NCBI GenBank assembly: GCA_964016885.1
Contig: OZ024743.1
Span: 372,806,001-372,870,000, forward strand
Reading direction: 5' to 3'
Source of the DNA: Eledone cirrhosa
Taxonomy: Eukaryota
Length of the DNA stretch: 64,000 nucleotides
The translations under genes and the position numbers were made by a program. A model generated the notes under the pieces. It was not told where the DNA came from. It did no database searches and saw nothing but the letters and a program-made list of their open reading frames with translations. This document shows, one piece after another, positions 11,301 to 25,465 of the stretch; position 1 is the first letter of the stretch, and each line of letters begins with the position of its first letter.

Positions 11301-14300
11301 TTAGCCCACTCTCCCTTGTATTAGTAGAGCATCCAGGATGTGACAGCTGGACTTGGCCCACTCTCCCTTGTATTAGTAGAACATCCAGGATGTGACAGCT
11401 GGACTTGGCCCACTCTCCCTTGTATTAGTAGAACATCCAGGATGTGACAGCTGGACTTGGCCCACTCTCCCTTGTATTAGAACATCCAGGATGTGACAGC
11501 TGGACTTGGCCCACTCTCCCTTGTATTAGTAGAACATTCAGGATGTGACAGCTGGACTTGGCCCACTCTCCCTTGTATTAGAACATCCAGGATGTGACAG
11601 CTGGACTTGGCCCACTCTCCCTTGTATTAGTAGAACATCCAGGATGTGACAGCTGGACTTGGCCCACTCTCCCTTGTATTAGTAGAACATCCAGGATGTG
11701 ACAGCTGGACTTGGCCCACTCTCCCTTGTATTAGAACATCCAGGATGTGACAGCTGGACTTGGCCCACTCTCCCTTGTATTAGAACATCCAGGATGTGAC
11801 AGCTGGACTTGGCCCACTCTCCCTTGTATTAGTAGAACATCCAGGACGTGACAGCTGGACTTGGCCCACTCTCCCTTGTATTAGTAGAACATCCAGGATG
11901 TGACAGCTGGACTTGGCCCACTCTCCCTTGTATTAGAACATTCAGGATGGGACAGCTGGACTTGGCCCACTCTCCCTTGTATTAGAACATCCAGGATGTG
12001 ACAGCTGGACTTGGCCCACTCTCCCTTGTATTAGAACATCCAGGATGTGACAGCTGGACTTGGCCCACTCTCCCTTGTATTAGTAGAACATCCAGGATGT
12101 GACAGCTGGACTTGGCCCACTCTCCCTTGTATTAGTAGAACATCCAGGATGTGACAGCTGGACTTGGCCCACTCTCCCTTGTATTAGTAGAACATCCAGG
12201 ATGTGACAGCTGGACTTGGCCCACTCTCCCTTGTATTAGTAGAACATCCAGGATGTGACAGCTGGACTTGGCCCACTCTCCCTTGTATTAGTAGAACATC
12301 CAGGATGTGACAGCTGGACTTGGCCCACTCTCCCTTGTATTAGAACATCCAGGACATGACAGCTGGACTTGGCCCACTCTCCCTTGTATTAGAACATTCA
12401 GGATGTGACAGCTGGACTTGGCCCACTCTCCCTTGTATTAGAACATCCAGGATGTGACAGCTGGACTTGGCCCACTCTCCCTTGTATTAGTAGAACATCC
12501 AGGATGTGACAGCTGGACTTGGCCCACTCTCCCTTGTATTAGTAGAACATCCAGGATGTGACAGCTGGACTTGGCCCACTCTCCCTTGTATTAGAACATC
12601 CAGGATGTGACAGCTGGACTTGGCCCACTCTCCCTTGTATTAGAACATCCAGGATGTGACAGCTGGACTTGGCCCACTCTCCCTTGTATTAGTAGAACAT
12701 CCAGGACGTGACAGCTGGACTTGGCCCACTCTCCCTTGTATTAGTAGAACATCCAGGATGTGACAGCTGGACTTGGCCCACTCTCCCTTGTATTAGAACA
12801 TTCAGGATGGGACAGCTGGACTTGGCCCACTCTCCCTTGTATTAGAACATCCAGGATGTGACAGCTGGACTTGGCCCACTCTCCCTTGTATTAGAACATC
12901 CAGGATGTGACAGCTGGACTTGGCCCACTCTCCCTTGTATTAGTAGAACATCCAGGATGTGACAGCTGGACTTGGCCCACTCTCCCTTGTATTAGTAGAA
13001 CATCCAGGATGTGACAGCTGGACTTGGCCCACTCTCCCTTGTATTAGTAGAACATCCAGGATGTGACAGCTGGACTTGGCCCACTCTCCCTTGTATTAGT
13101 AGAACATCCAGGATGTGACAGCTGGACTTGGCCCACTCTCCCTTGTATTAGTAGAACATCCAGGATGTGACAGCTGGACTTGGCCCACTCTCCCTTGTAT
13201 TAGAACATCCAGGACATGACAGCTGGACTTGGCCCACTCTCCCTTGTATTAGAACATTCAGGATGTGACAGCTGGACTTGGCCCACTCTCCCTTGTATTA
13301 GAACATCCAGGATGTGACAGCTGGACTTGGCCCACTCTCCCTTGTATTAGAACATCCAGGATGTGACAGCTGGACTTGGCCCACTCTCCCTTGTATTAGA
13401 ACATCCAGGATGTGACAGCTGGACTTGGCCCACTCTCCCTTGTATTAGTAGAACATTCAGGATGTGACAGCTGGACTTGGCCCACTCTCCCTTGTATTAG
13501 TAGAACATTCAGGATGTGACAGCTGGACTTGGCCCACTCTCCCTTGTATTAGTAGAACATCCAGGATGTGACAGCTGGACTTGGCCCACTCTCCCTTGTA
13601 TTAGTAGAACATCCAGGATGTGACAGCTGGACTTGGCCCACTCTCCCTTGTATTAGTAGAACATCCAGGATGTGACAGCTGGACTTGGCCCACTCTCCCT
13701 TGTATTAGTAGAACATCCAGGATGTGACAGCTGGACTTGGCCCACTCTCCCTTGTATTAGTAGAACATTCAGGATGTGACAGCTGGACTTGGCCCACTCT
13801 CCCTTGTATTAGTAGAACATTCAGGATGTGACAGCTGGACTTGGCCCACTCTCCCTTGTATTAGTAGAACATCCAGGATGTGACAGCTGGACTTGGCCCA
13901 CTCTCCCTTGTATTAGTAGAACATCCAGGATGTGACAGCTGGACTTGGCCCACTCTCCCTTGTATTAGTAGAACATCCAGGATGTGACAGCTGGACTTGG
14001 CCCACTCTCCCTTGTATTAGTAGAACATCCAGGATGTGACAGCTGGACTTGGCCCACTCTCCCTTGTATTAGTAGAACATTCAGGATGTGACAGCTGGAC
14101 TTGGCCCACTCTCCCTTGTATTAGTAGAACATTCAGGATGTGACAGCTGGACTTGGCCCACTCTCCCTTGTATTAGTAGAACATCCAGGATGTGACAGCT
14201 GGACTTGGCCCACTCTCCCTTGTATTAGTAGAACATCCAGGATGTGACAGCTGGACTTGGCCCACTCTCCCTTGTATTAGTAGAACATCCAGGATGTGAC

Positions 14301-17300
14301 AGCTTGACTTGGCCCACTCTCCCTTGTATTAGTAGAACATTCAGGATGTGACAGCTGGACTTGGCCCACTCTCCCTTGTATTAGTAGAACATCCAGGATG
14401 TGACAGCTGGACTTGGCCCACTCTCCCTTGTATTAGTAGAACATTCAGGATGTGACAGCTGGACTTGGCCCACTCTCCCTTGTATTAGAACATCCAGGAT
14501 GTGACAGCTGGACTTGGCCCACTCTCCCTTGTATTAGTAGAACATTCAGGATGTGACAGCTGGACTTGGCCCACTCTCCCTTGTATTAGTAGAACATCCA
14601 GGATGTGACAGCTGGACTTGGCCCACTCTCCCTTGTATTAGAACATCCAGGATGTGACAGCTGGACTTGGCCCACTCTCCCTTGTATTAGAACATCCAGG
14701 ATGTGACAGCTGGACTTGGCCCACTCTCCCTTGTATTAGAACATCCAGGATGTGACAGCTGGACTTGGCCCACTCTCCCTTGTATTAGAACATCCAGGAT
14801 GTGACAGCTGGACTTGGCCCACTCTCCCTTGTATTAGTAGAACATCCAGGATGTGACAGCTGGACTTGGCCCACTCTCCCTTGTATTAGAACATTCAGGA
14901 TGTGACAGCTGGACTTGGCCCACTCTCCCTTGTATTAGTAGAACATCCAGGATGTGACAGCTGGACTTGGCCCACTCTCCCTTGTATTAGAACATCCAGG
15001 ATGTGACAGCTGGACTTGGCCCACTCTCCCTTGTATTAGTAGAACATCCAGGATGTGACAGCTGGACTTGGCCCACTCTCCCTTGTATTAGAACATCCAG
15101 GATGTGACAGCTGGACTTGGCCCACTCTCCCTTGTATTAGTAGAACATCCAGGATGTGACAGCTGGACTTGGCCCACTCTCCCTTGTATTAGTAGAACAT
15201 CCAGGATGTGACAGCTGGACTTGGCCCACTCTCCCTTGTATTAGTAGAACATCCAGGATGTGACAGCTGGACTTGGCCCACTCTCCCTTGTATTAGTAGA
15301 ACATCCAGGATGTGACAGCTGGACTTGGCCCACTCTCCCTTGTATTAGTAGAACATCCAGGATGTGACAGCTGGACTTGGCCCACTCTCCCTTGTATTAG
15401 TAGAACATCCAGGATGTGACAGTTGGACTTGGCCCACTCTCCCTTGTATTAGAACATTCAGGATGTGACAGCTGGACTTGGCCCACTCTCCCTTGTATTA
15501 GTAGAACATCCAGGATGTGACAGCTGGACTTGGCCCACTCTCCCTTGTATTAGAACATTCAGGATGTGACAGCTGGACTTGGCCCACTCTCCCTTGTATT
15601 AGTAGAACATCCAGGATGTGACAGCTGGACTTGGCCCACTCTCCCTTGTATTAGTAGAACATCCAGGATGTGACAGCTGGACTTGGCCCACTCTCCCTTG
15701 TATTAGTAGAACATCCAGGATGTGACAGCTGGACTTGGCCCACTCTCCCTTGTATTAGTAGAACATCCAGGATGTGACAGCTGGACTTGGCCCACTCTCC
15801 CTTGTATTAGTAGAACATCCAGGATGTGACAGCTGGACTTGGCCCACTCTCCCTTGTATTAGTAGAACATCCAGGATGTGACAGCTGGACTTGGCCCACT
15901 CTCCCTTGTATTAGTAGAACATCCAGGATGTGACAGCTGGACTTGGCCCACTCTCCCTTGTATTAGTAGAACATCCAGGACATGACAGCTGGACTTGGCC
16001 CACTCTCCCTTGTATTAGAACATTCAGGATGTGACAGCTGGACTTGGCCCACTCTCCCTTGTATTAGAACATCCAGGATGTGACAGCTGGACTTGGCCCA
16101 CTCTCCCTTGTATTAGAACATCCAGGATGTGACAGCTGGACTTGGCCCACTCTCCCTTGTATTAGAACATCCAGGATGTGACAGCTGGACTTGGCCCACT
16201 CTCCCTTGTATTAGTAGAACATCCAGGACATGACAGCTGGACTTGGCCCACTCTCCCTTGTATTAGAACATTCAGGATGTGACAGCTGGACTTGGCCCAC
16301 TCTCCCTTGTATTAGTAGAACATCCAGGATGTGACAGCTGGACTTGGCCCACTCTCCCTTGTATTAGAACATCCAGGATGTGACAGCTGGACTTGGCCCA
16401 CTCTCCCTTGTATTAGAACATCCAGGATGTGACAGCTGGACTTGGCCCACTCTCCCTTGTATTAGAACATCCAGGATGTGACAGCTGGACTTGGCCCACT
16501 CTCCCTTGTATTAGAACATCCAGGATGTGACAGCTGGACTTGGCCCACTCTCCCTTGTATTAGTAGAACATCCAGGATGTGACAGCTGGACTTGGCCCAC
16601 TCTCCCTTGTATTAGAACATTCAGGATGTGACAGCTGGACTTGGCCCACTCTCCCTTGTATTAGTAGAACATCCAGGATGTGACAGCTGGACTTGGCCCA
16701 CTCTCCCTTGTATTAGAACATCCAGGATGTGACAGCTGGACTTGGCCCACTCTCCCTTGTATTAGTAGAACATCCAGGATGTGACAGCTGGACTTGGCCC
16801 ACTCTCCCTTGTATTAGAACATCCAGGATGTGACAGCTGGACTTGGCCCACTCTCCCTTGTATTAGTAGAACATCCAGGATGTGACAGCTGGACTTGGCC
16901 CACTCTCCCTTGTATTAGTAGAACATCCAGGATGTGACAGCTGGACTTGGCCCACTCTCCCTTGTATTAGTAGAACATCCAGGATGTGACAGCTGGACTT
17001 GGCCCACTCTCCCTTGTATTAGTAGAACATCCAGGATGTGACAGCTGGACTTGGCCCACTCTCCCTTGTATTAGTAGAACATCCAGGATGTGACAGCTGG
17101 ACTTGGCCCACTCTCCCTTGTATTAGAACATTCAGGATGTGACAGCTGGACTTGGCCCACTCTCCCTTGTATTAGTAGAACATCCAGGATGTGACAGCTG
17201 GACTTGGCCCACTCTCCCTTGTATTAGAACATTCAGGATGTGACAGCTGGACTTGGCCCACTCTCCCTTGTATTAGTAGAACATCCAGGATGTGACAGCT

Positions 17301-20300
17301 GGACTTGGCCCACTCTCCCTTGTATTAGTAGAACATCCAGGATGTGACAGCTGGACTTGGCCCACTCTCCCTTGTATTAGAACATCCAGGATGTGACAGC
17401 TGGACTTGGCCCACTCTCCCTTGTATTAGTAGAACATCCAGGATGTGACAGCTGGACTTGGCCCACTCTCCCTTGTATTAGTAGAACATCCAGGATGTGA
17501 CAGCTGGACTTGGCCCACTCTCCCTTGTATTAGTAGAACATCCAGGATGTGACAGCTGGACTTGGCCCACTCTCCCTTGTATTAGTAGAACATCCAGGAT
17601 GTGACAGCTGGACTTGGCCCACTCTCCCTTGTATTAGTAGAACATCCAGGACATGACAGCTGGACTTGGCCCACTCTCCCTTGTATTAGTAGAACATCCA
17701 GGATGGGACAGCTGGACTTGGCCCACTCTCCCTTGTATTAGTAGAACATCCAGGATGTGACAGCTGGACTTGGCCCACTCTCCCTTGTATTAGTAGAACA
17801 TCCAGGACATGACAGCTGGACTTGGCCCACTCTCCCTTGTATTAGTAGAACATCCAGGACATGACAGCTGGACTTGGCCCACTCTCCCTTGTATTAGTAG
17901 AACATCCAGGATGGGACAGCTGGACTTGGCCCACTCTCCCTTGTATTAGTAGAACATCCAGGATGTGACAGCTGGACTTGGCCCACTCTCCCTTGTATTA
18001 GTAGAACATCCAGGATGTGACAGCTGGACTTGGCCCACTCTCCCTTGTATTAGTAGAACATCCAGGACGTGACAGCTGGACTTGGCCCACTCTCCCTTGT
18101 ATTAGTAGAACATCCAGGATGTGACAGCTGGACTTGGCCCACTCTCCCTTGTATTAGTAGAACATCCAGGATGTGACAGCTGGACTTGGCCCACTCTCCC
18201 TTGTATTAGTAGAACATCCAGGACATGACAGCTGGACTTGGCCCACTCTCCCTTGTATTAGTAGAACATCCAGGATGGGACAGCTGGACTTGGCCCACTC
18301 TCCCTTGTATTAGTAGAACATCCAGGACATGACAGCTGGACTTGGCCCACTCTCCCTTGTATTAGTAGAACATCCAGGATGTGACAGCTGGACTTGGCCC
18401 ACTCTCCCTTGTATTAGTAGAACATCCAGGATGTGACAGCTGGACTTGGCCCACTCTCCCTTGTATTAGTAGAACATCCAGGATGTGACAGCTGGACTTG
18501 GCCCACTCTCCCTTGTATTAGTAGAACATCCAGGATGTGACAGCTGGACTTGGCCCACTCTCCCTTGTATTAGTAGAACATCCAGGATGTGACAGCTGGA
18601 CTTGGCCCACTCTCCCTTGTATTAGAACATTCAGGATGTGACAGCTGGACTTGGCCCACTCTCCCTTGTATTAGTAGAACATCCAGGATGTGACAGCTGG
18701 ACTTGGCCCACTCTCCCTTGTATTAGTAGAACATCCAGGACGTGACAGCTGGACTTGGCCCACTCTCCCTTGTATTAGTAGAACATCCAGGATGTGACAG
18801 CTGGACTTGGCCCACTCTCCCTTGTATTAGTAGAACATCCAGGATGTGACAGCTGGACTTGGCCCACTCTCCCTTGTATTAGTAGAACATCCAGGATGTG
18901 ACAGCTGGACTTGGCCCACTCTCCCTTGTATTAGTAGAACATCCAGGATGTGACAGCTGGACTTGGCCCACTCTCCCTTGTATTAGTAGAACATCCAGGA
19001 TGTGACAGCTGGACTTGGCCCACTCTCCCTTGTATTAGTAGAACATCCAGGACGTGACAGCTGGACTTGGCCCACTCTCCCTTGTATTAGTAGAACATCC
19101 AGGATGTGACAGCTGGACTTGGCCCACTCTTCCTTGTATTAGTAGAACATCCAGGATGTGACAGCTGGACTTGGCCCACTCTCCCTTGTATTAGAACATT
19201 CAGGATGTGACAGCTGGACTTGGCCCACTCTCCCTTGTATTAGTAGAACATCCAGGATGTGACAGCTGGACTTGGCCCACTCTCCCTTGTATTAGTAGAA
19301 CATCCAGGATGTGACAGCTGGACTTGGCCCACTCTCCCTTGTATTAGAACATTCAGGATGTGACAGCTGGACTTGGCCCACTCTCCCTTGTATTAGTAGA
19401 ACATCCAGGATGTGACAGCTGGACTTGGCCCACTCTCCCTTGTATTAGTAGAACATCCAGGATGTGACAGCTGGACTTGGCCCACTCTCCCTTGTATTAG
19501 TAGAACATCCAGGATGTGACAGCTGGACTTGGCCCACTCTCCCTTGTATTAGAACATTCAGGATGGGACAGCTGGACTTGGCCCACTCTCCCTTGTATTA
19601 GTAGAACATCCAGGATGTGACAGCTGGACTTGGCCCACTCTCCCTTGTATTAGTAGAACATCCAGGATGTGACAGCTGGACTTGGCCCACTCTCCCTTGT
19701 ATTAGTAGAACATCCAGGATGTGACAGCTGGACTTGGCCCACTCTCCCTTGTATTAGTAGAACATCCAGGATGTGACAGCTGGACTTGGCCCACTCTCCC
19801 TTGTATTAGAACATTCAGGATGTGACAGCTGGACTTGGCCCACTCTCCCTTGTATTAGTAGAACATCCAGGATGTGACAGCTGGACTTGGCCCACTCTCC
19901 CTTGTATTAGAACATCCAGGATGTGACACCTGGACTTGGCCCACTCTCCCTTGTATTAGAACATTCAGGATGTGACAGCTGGACTTGGCCCACTCTCCCT
20001 TGTATTAGTAGAACATCCAGGATGTGACAGCTGGACTTGGCCCACTCTCCCTTGTATTAGAACATTCAGGATGTGACAGCTGGACTTGGCCCACTCTCCC
20101 TTGTATTAGTAGAACATCCAGGATGTGACAGCTGGACTTGGCCCACTCTCCCTTGTATTAGTAGAACATCCAGGATGTGACAGCTGGACTTGGCCCACTC
20201 TCCCTTGTATTAGAACATTCAGGATGTGACAGCTGGACTTGGCCCACTCTCCCTTGTATTAGTAGAACATCCAGGATGTGACAGCTGGACTTGGCCCACT

Positions 20301-23300
20301 CTCCCTTGTATTAGTAGAACATCCAGGATGTGACAGCTGGACTTGGCCCACTCTCCCTTGTATTAGTAGAACATCCAGGATGTGACAGCTGGACTTGGCC
20401 CACTCTCCCTTGTATTAGAACATTCAGGATGTGACAGCTGGACTTGGCCCACTCTCCCTTGTATTAGTAGAACATCCAGGATGTGACAGCTGGACTTGGC
20501 CCACTCTCCCTTGTATTAGTAGAACATCCAGGACGTGACAGCTGGACTTGGCCCACTCTCCCTTGTATTAGTAGAACATCCAGGATGTGACAGCTGGACT
20601 TGGCCCACTCTCCCTTGTATTAGTAGAACATCCAGGATGTGACAGCTGGACTTGGCCCACTCTCCCTTGTATTAGAACATTCAGGGTGTGACAGCTGGAC
20701 TTGGCCCACTCTCCCTTGTATTAGTAGAACATCCAGGATGTGACAGCTGGACTTGGCCCACTCTCCCTTGTATTAGTAGAACATCCAGGATGTGACAGCT
20801 GGACTTGGCCCACTCTCCCTTGTATTAGAACATTCAGGATGTGACAGCTGGACTTGGCCCACTCTCCCTTGTATTAGTAGAACATCCAGGATGTGACAGC
20901 TGGACTTGGCCCACTCTCCCTTGTATTAGAACATTCAGGATGTGACAGCTGGACTTGGCCCACTCTCCCTTGTATTAGTAGAACATCCAGGATGTGACAG
21001 CTGGACTTGGTCCACTCTCCCTTGTATTAGTAGAACATCCAGGATGTGACAGCTGGACTTGGCCCACTCTCCCTTGTATTAGAACATTCAGGATGTGACA
21101 GCTGGACTTGGCCCACTCTCCCTTGTATTAGTAGAACATCCAGGATGTGACAGCTGGACTTGGCCCACTCTCCCTTGTATTAGTAGAACATCCAGGATGT
21201 GACAGCTGGACTTGGCCCACTCTCCCTTGTATTAGTAGAACATCCAGGATGTGACAGCTGGACTTGGCCCACTCTCCCTTGTATTAGAACATTCAGGATG
21301 TGACAGCTGGACTTGGCCCACTCTCCCTTGTATTAGTAGAACATCCAGGATGTGACAGCTGGACTTGGCCCACTCTCCCTTGTATTAGTAGAACATCCAG
21401 GATGTGACAGCTGGACTTGGCCCACTCTCCCTTGTATTAGAACATTCAGGATGTGACAGCTGGACTTGGCCCACTCTCCCTTGTATTAGTAGAACATCCA
21501 GGATGTGACAGCTGGACTTGGCCCACTCTCCCTTGTATTAGAACATTCAGGATGTGACTGCTGGACTTGGCCCACTCTCCCTTGTATTAGAACATCCAGG
21601 ATGTGACAGCTGGACTTAGCCCACTCTCCCTTGTATTAGTAGAACATCCAGGATGTGACAGCTGGACTTGGCCCACTCTCCCTTGTATTAGAACATTCAG
21701 GATGTGACAGCTGGACTTGGCCCACTCTCCCTTGTATTAGTAGAACATCCAGGACATGACAGCTGGACTTGGCCCACTCTCCCTTGTATTAGTAGAACAT
21801 CCAGGATGTGACAACTGGACTTGGCTCACTCTCCCTTGTATTAGTAGAACATCCAGGATGTGACAGCTGGACTTGGCCCACTCTCCCTTGTATTAGTAGA
21901 ACATCCAGGACGTGACAGCTGGACTTGGCCCACTCTCCCTTGTATTAGTAGAACATCCAGGATGTGACAGCTGGACTTGGCCCACTCTCCCTTGTATTAG
22001 TAGAACATCCAGGATGTGACAGCTGGACTTGGCCCACTCTCCCTTGTATTAGTAGAACATCCAGGACATGACAGCTGGACTTGGCCCACTCTCCCTTGTA
22101 TTAGTAGAACATCCAGGATGGGACAGCTGGACTTGGCCCACTCTCCCTTGTATTAGTAGAACATCCAGGATGTGACAGCTGGACTTGGCCCACTCTCCCT
22201 TGTATTAGTAGAACATCCAGGATGTGACAGCTGGACTTGGCCCACTCTCCCTTGTATTAGTAGAACATCCAGGATGTGACAGCTGGACTTGGCCCACTCT
22301 CCCTTGTATTAGTAGAACATCCAGGATGTGACAGCTGGACTTGGCCCACTCTCCCTTGTATTAGTAGAACATCCAGGATGTGACAGCTGGACTTGGCCCA
22401 CTCTCCCTTGTATTAGTAGAACATCCAGGATGTGACAGCTGGACTTGGCCCACTCTCCCTTGTATTAGTAGAACATCCAGGATGTGACAGCTGGACTTGG
22501 CCCACTCTCCCTTGTATTAGTAGAACATTCAGGATGTGACAGCTGGACTTGGCCCACTCTCCCTTGTATTAGTAGAACATCCAGGATGTGACAGCTGGAC
22601 TTGGCCCACTCTCCCTTGTATTAGTAGAACATCCAGGATGTGACAGCTGGACTTGGCCCACTCTCCCTTGTATTAGTAGAACATCCAGGACGTGACAGCT
22701 GGACTTGGCCCACTCTCCCTTGTATTAGTAGAACATCCAGGATGTGACAGCTGGACTTGGCCCACTCTCCCTTGTATTAGTAGAACATCCAGGACGTGAC
22801 AGCTGGACTTGGCCCACTCTCCCTTGTATTAGTAGAACATCCAGGATGTGACAGCTGGACTTGGCCCACTCTCCCTTGTATTAGTAGAACATCCAGGACG
22901 TGACAGCTGGACTTGGCCCACTCTCCCTTGTATTAGTAGAACATCCAGGATGTGACAGCTGGACTTGGCCCACTCTCCCTTGTATTAGTAGAACATCCAG
23001 GATGTGACAGCTGGACTTGGCCCACTCTCCCTTGTATTAGTAGAACATCCAGGATGTGACAGCTGGACTTGGCCCACTCTCCCTTGTATTAGTAGAACAT
23101 CCAGGATGTGACAGCTGGACTTGGCCCACTCTCCCTTGTATTAGTAGAACATCCAGGATGTGACAGCTGGACTTGGCCCACTCTCCCTTGTATTAGTAGA
23201 ACATCCAGGATGTGACAGCTGGACTTGGCCCACTCTCCCTTGTATTAGTAGAACATCCAGGATGGGACAGCTGGACTTGGCCCACTCTCCCTTGTATTAG

Positions 23301-23584
23301 TAGAACATCCAGGATGTGACAGCTGGACTTGGCCCACTCTCCCTTGTATTAGTAGAACATCCAGGATGTGACAGCTGGACTTGGCCCACTCTCCCTTGTA
23401 TTAGTAGAACATCCAGGATGGGAGAGCTGGACTTGGCCCACTCTCCCTTGTATTAGTAGAACATCCAGGATGTGACAGCTGGACTTGGCCCACTCTCCCT
23501 TGTATTAGTAGAACATCCAGGATGGGACAGCTGGACTTGGCCCACTCTCCCTTGTATTAGTAGAACATCCAGGATGTGACAGCT
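11301..23584. repeat. 12.3-kb intronic minisatellite, 52/49-bp unit (~240 copies)
   Basis: GCCCACTCTCCCTTGTATTAG(TAG)AACATCCAGGATGTGACAGCTGGACTTG tandemly repeated with few variants and no spacers. Confidence 0.98.
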
Positions 23585-23914
23585 AGCAGGATAGTTGTAC
23601 TAACATTGGGCTGGTACTTTTTTTATCAATCCTGAAGAGATGAAAAATGTAGTCGTCCTCAATGGGATTTGAACTCAGAATATCCAACATATCTAACAAC
23701 TCTGTAAAATTGGGTGCCTATCATAGGATATTCGTCCATAATTACACAAGTATTTTTCTTAAATTCCCTGCTGATATAAAGGACTTCTGATATGCCATCA
23801 AATGTGATAAATGTTATGGTTTTTCTTTGTTTTGTTTTGTTTGTTTGTTTTTTTATAAAATTAAACATATTTTTAAAATTGATTATAATGGATTTGAAAA
23901 TTTATAATTTTCAG

Positions 23915-23974
23915 AATTTTGATCCTGAAGACAGTGTTGATGGATCTTACCAACTTGGGCGAGCAGATGATCAG
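23915..23974 (+). CDS. hook: Hook exon D, linker (NFDPEDSVDGSYQLGRADDQ)
   Basis: ttttcAG acceptor, CAG|GTTTGT donor, 60 nt phase 0-0. Ends in DDQ like the DLDRQ that precedes coiled coil 1. Confidence 0.7.
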
Positions 23975-24039
23975 GTTTGTCTTTGAATTAAAACTGTCTT
24001 AGAAAAACAAGCTAATTCTTGAAATAGAATTGTAACAGT

Positions 24040-24268
24040 TTAACCCTTTGGCATTGAAACTGGCCGTATCTAGCCAGAATTCACTCATCTCTTTCTGTTC
24101 AAACCAGCTCTAACTGGCTGTTCATACTTATGTTAAGGTATTGTTCTAAAAATAAATAATATCAAAATCTCATAGATTCGATATTGTGTTAGATAATTAT
24201 GTGAGGTAAAGTGTTTACCATGAAAATATAATAGTATATATAGAGTAATGTAAATGCTAAAGGATTAA
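24040..24268 (+). mobile_element. piggyBac-like MITE family 1
   Basis: TTAACCCTTTGGCATTGAAAC ... TAAATGCTAAAGGATTAA; homologous to 1932-2147. Confidence 0.7.
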
Positions 24269-24906
24269 ACCCTTTCATGACTGTTGTTCTAATGAAATAC
24301 ACTCTGTGTGCTGTAGTTTGTCTGAAAGTTACCACAATGTGAATTGGACAGTAAAGAGCAACAAAAAAATATACAGCTCCAAATTAGCTTCTCTAGTAAT
24401 CTTTTGATAAAGGGATTTATCCTCTAATGTAAGGATCTTTAAAGAACGGCAAAGTAACATTTTAAAGCTTTATCTTGGGTCATAGAATGTAAACAAAGAA
24501 TCTTATTCATGAAATGTTGAGCAAATTTTCAATTTAGAAAGTATGTTAGCTTCATGAATTCAATTAATACTCTGTTTACATCCTATGGCCAATAGATAAG
24601 ATGTAAAAATGGTGGGTGAGTCTTGCTTAGATGTAATGGTAGCTCAGCTGTCTAGCATACTATAGTTGTGAGTTAGATTCCCACATACAATACTATCCAC
24701 TTATTTCCATCTCTAGGGGCTTATATGCCCAACATATTTCTCTATTTTTCATAGTCAGAAAACTTACATTGAAGAAGCTTCTGTTTAGCTAAGCATACTT
24801 TGAGTAACACTTCATAAATAGGAATAATTATAGTTTTAATTATTTGACACTTTGATATATGATTAATTACTTACTTGTCTACTAATAAACACTTTCTATA
24901 TTGTAG

Positions 24907-24990
24907 CTGAGACGTACAATTGATGAACTGAGAAATGTTAAAGAAGCTAATGAAGAACTAACGAAGCGTTGCCACTTCTTGGATGAACAA
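24907..24990 (+). CDS. hook: Hook exon E (LRRTIDELRNVKEANEELTKRCHFLDEQ)
   Basis: ttgtAG acceptor, CAA|GTCAGT donor. Matches LKKTTEELNEALSAKEEIAQRCHELDMQ. Confidence 0.92.
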
Positions 24991-25121
24991 GTCAGTTTTT
25001 GTCATGCATTTCTTTATATACATTCATATGTGCCTGTGTGTGTATTATATGGGTATATATATATATATATGTATGTGTGGGTGGGTGTGCATGTATGTAT
25101 ACATATGTGTGTATATGTGTA

Positions 25122-25465
25122 CATCATCATCATCATCATTGTTTAACGTCTATCTTCCACACTAGCATGGATTTGATAGGAATAGTCCCACTTGAGGCAA
25201 GATTGATCGGGTGACCATCTCTCGCTCATATAGAACTGTATCTGGCGGGTTTTCTACGGCTGGATGCCCTTCCTAACACCAACCACATATACAGTGTGGA
25301 CTGGGAGCCTTTTTACCATGTTTCCTACACGGCTACATTACAGCATGGACTGTGTGTTTTTTTGTTGTGATACCTACACGACCTCTTTAGTTTGGACTGG
25401 ATGTTGTGGTACCAACATAGCTTTACAGAGAAAGGGTGGTGTTGGTGGGAGTGGGAGGATGGCGT
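25122..25465 (-). mobile_element. RTE LINE 3'UTR fragment
   Basis: (CAT)n tail followed by sequence homologous to the reverse complement of 56870-57245. Confidence 0.75.

Noticed and set aside
11301-23584. CRISPR-like array
   Set aside because: Units are contiguous with no unique spacers, no cas genes, and the context is a eukaryotic intron.
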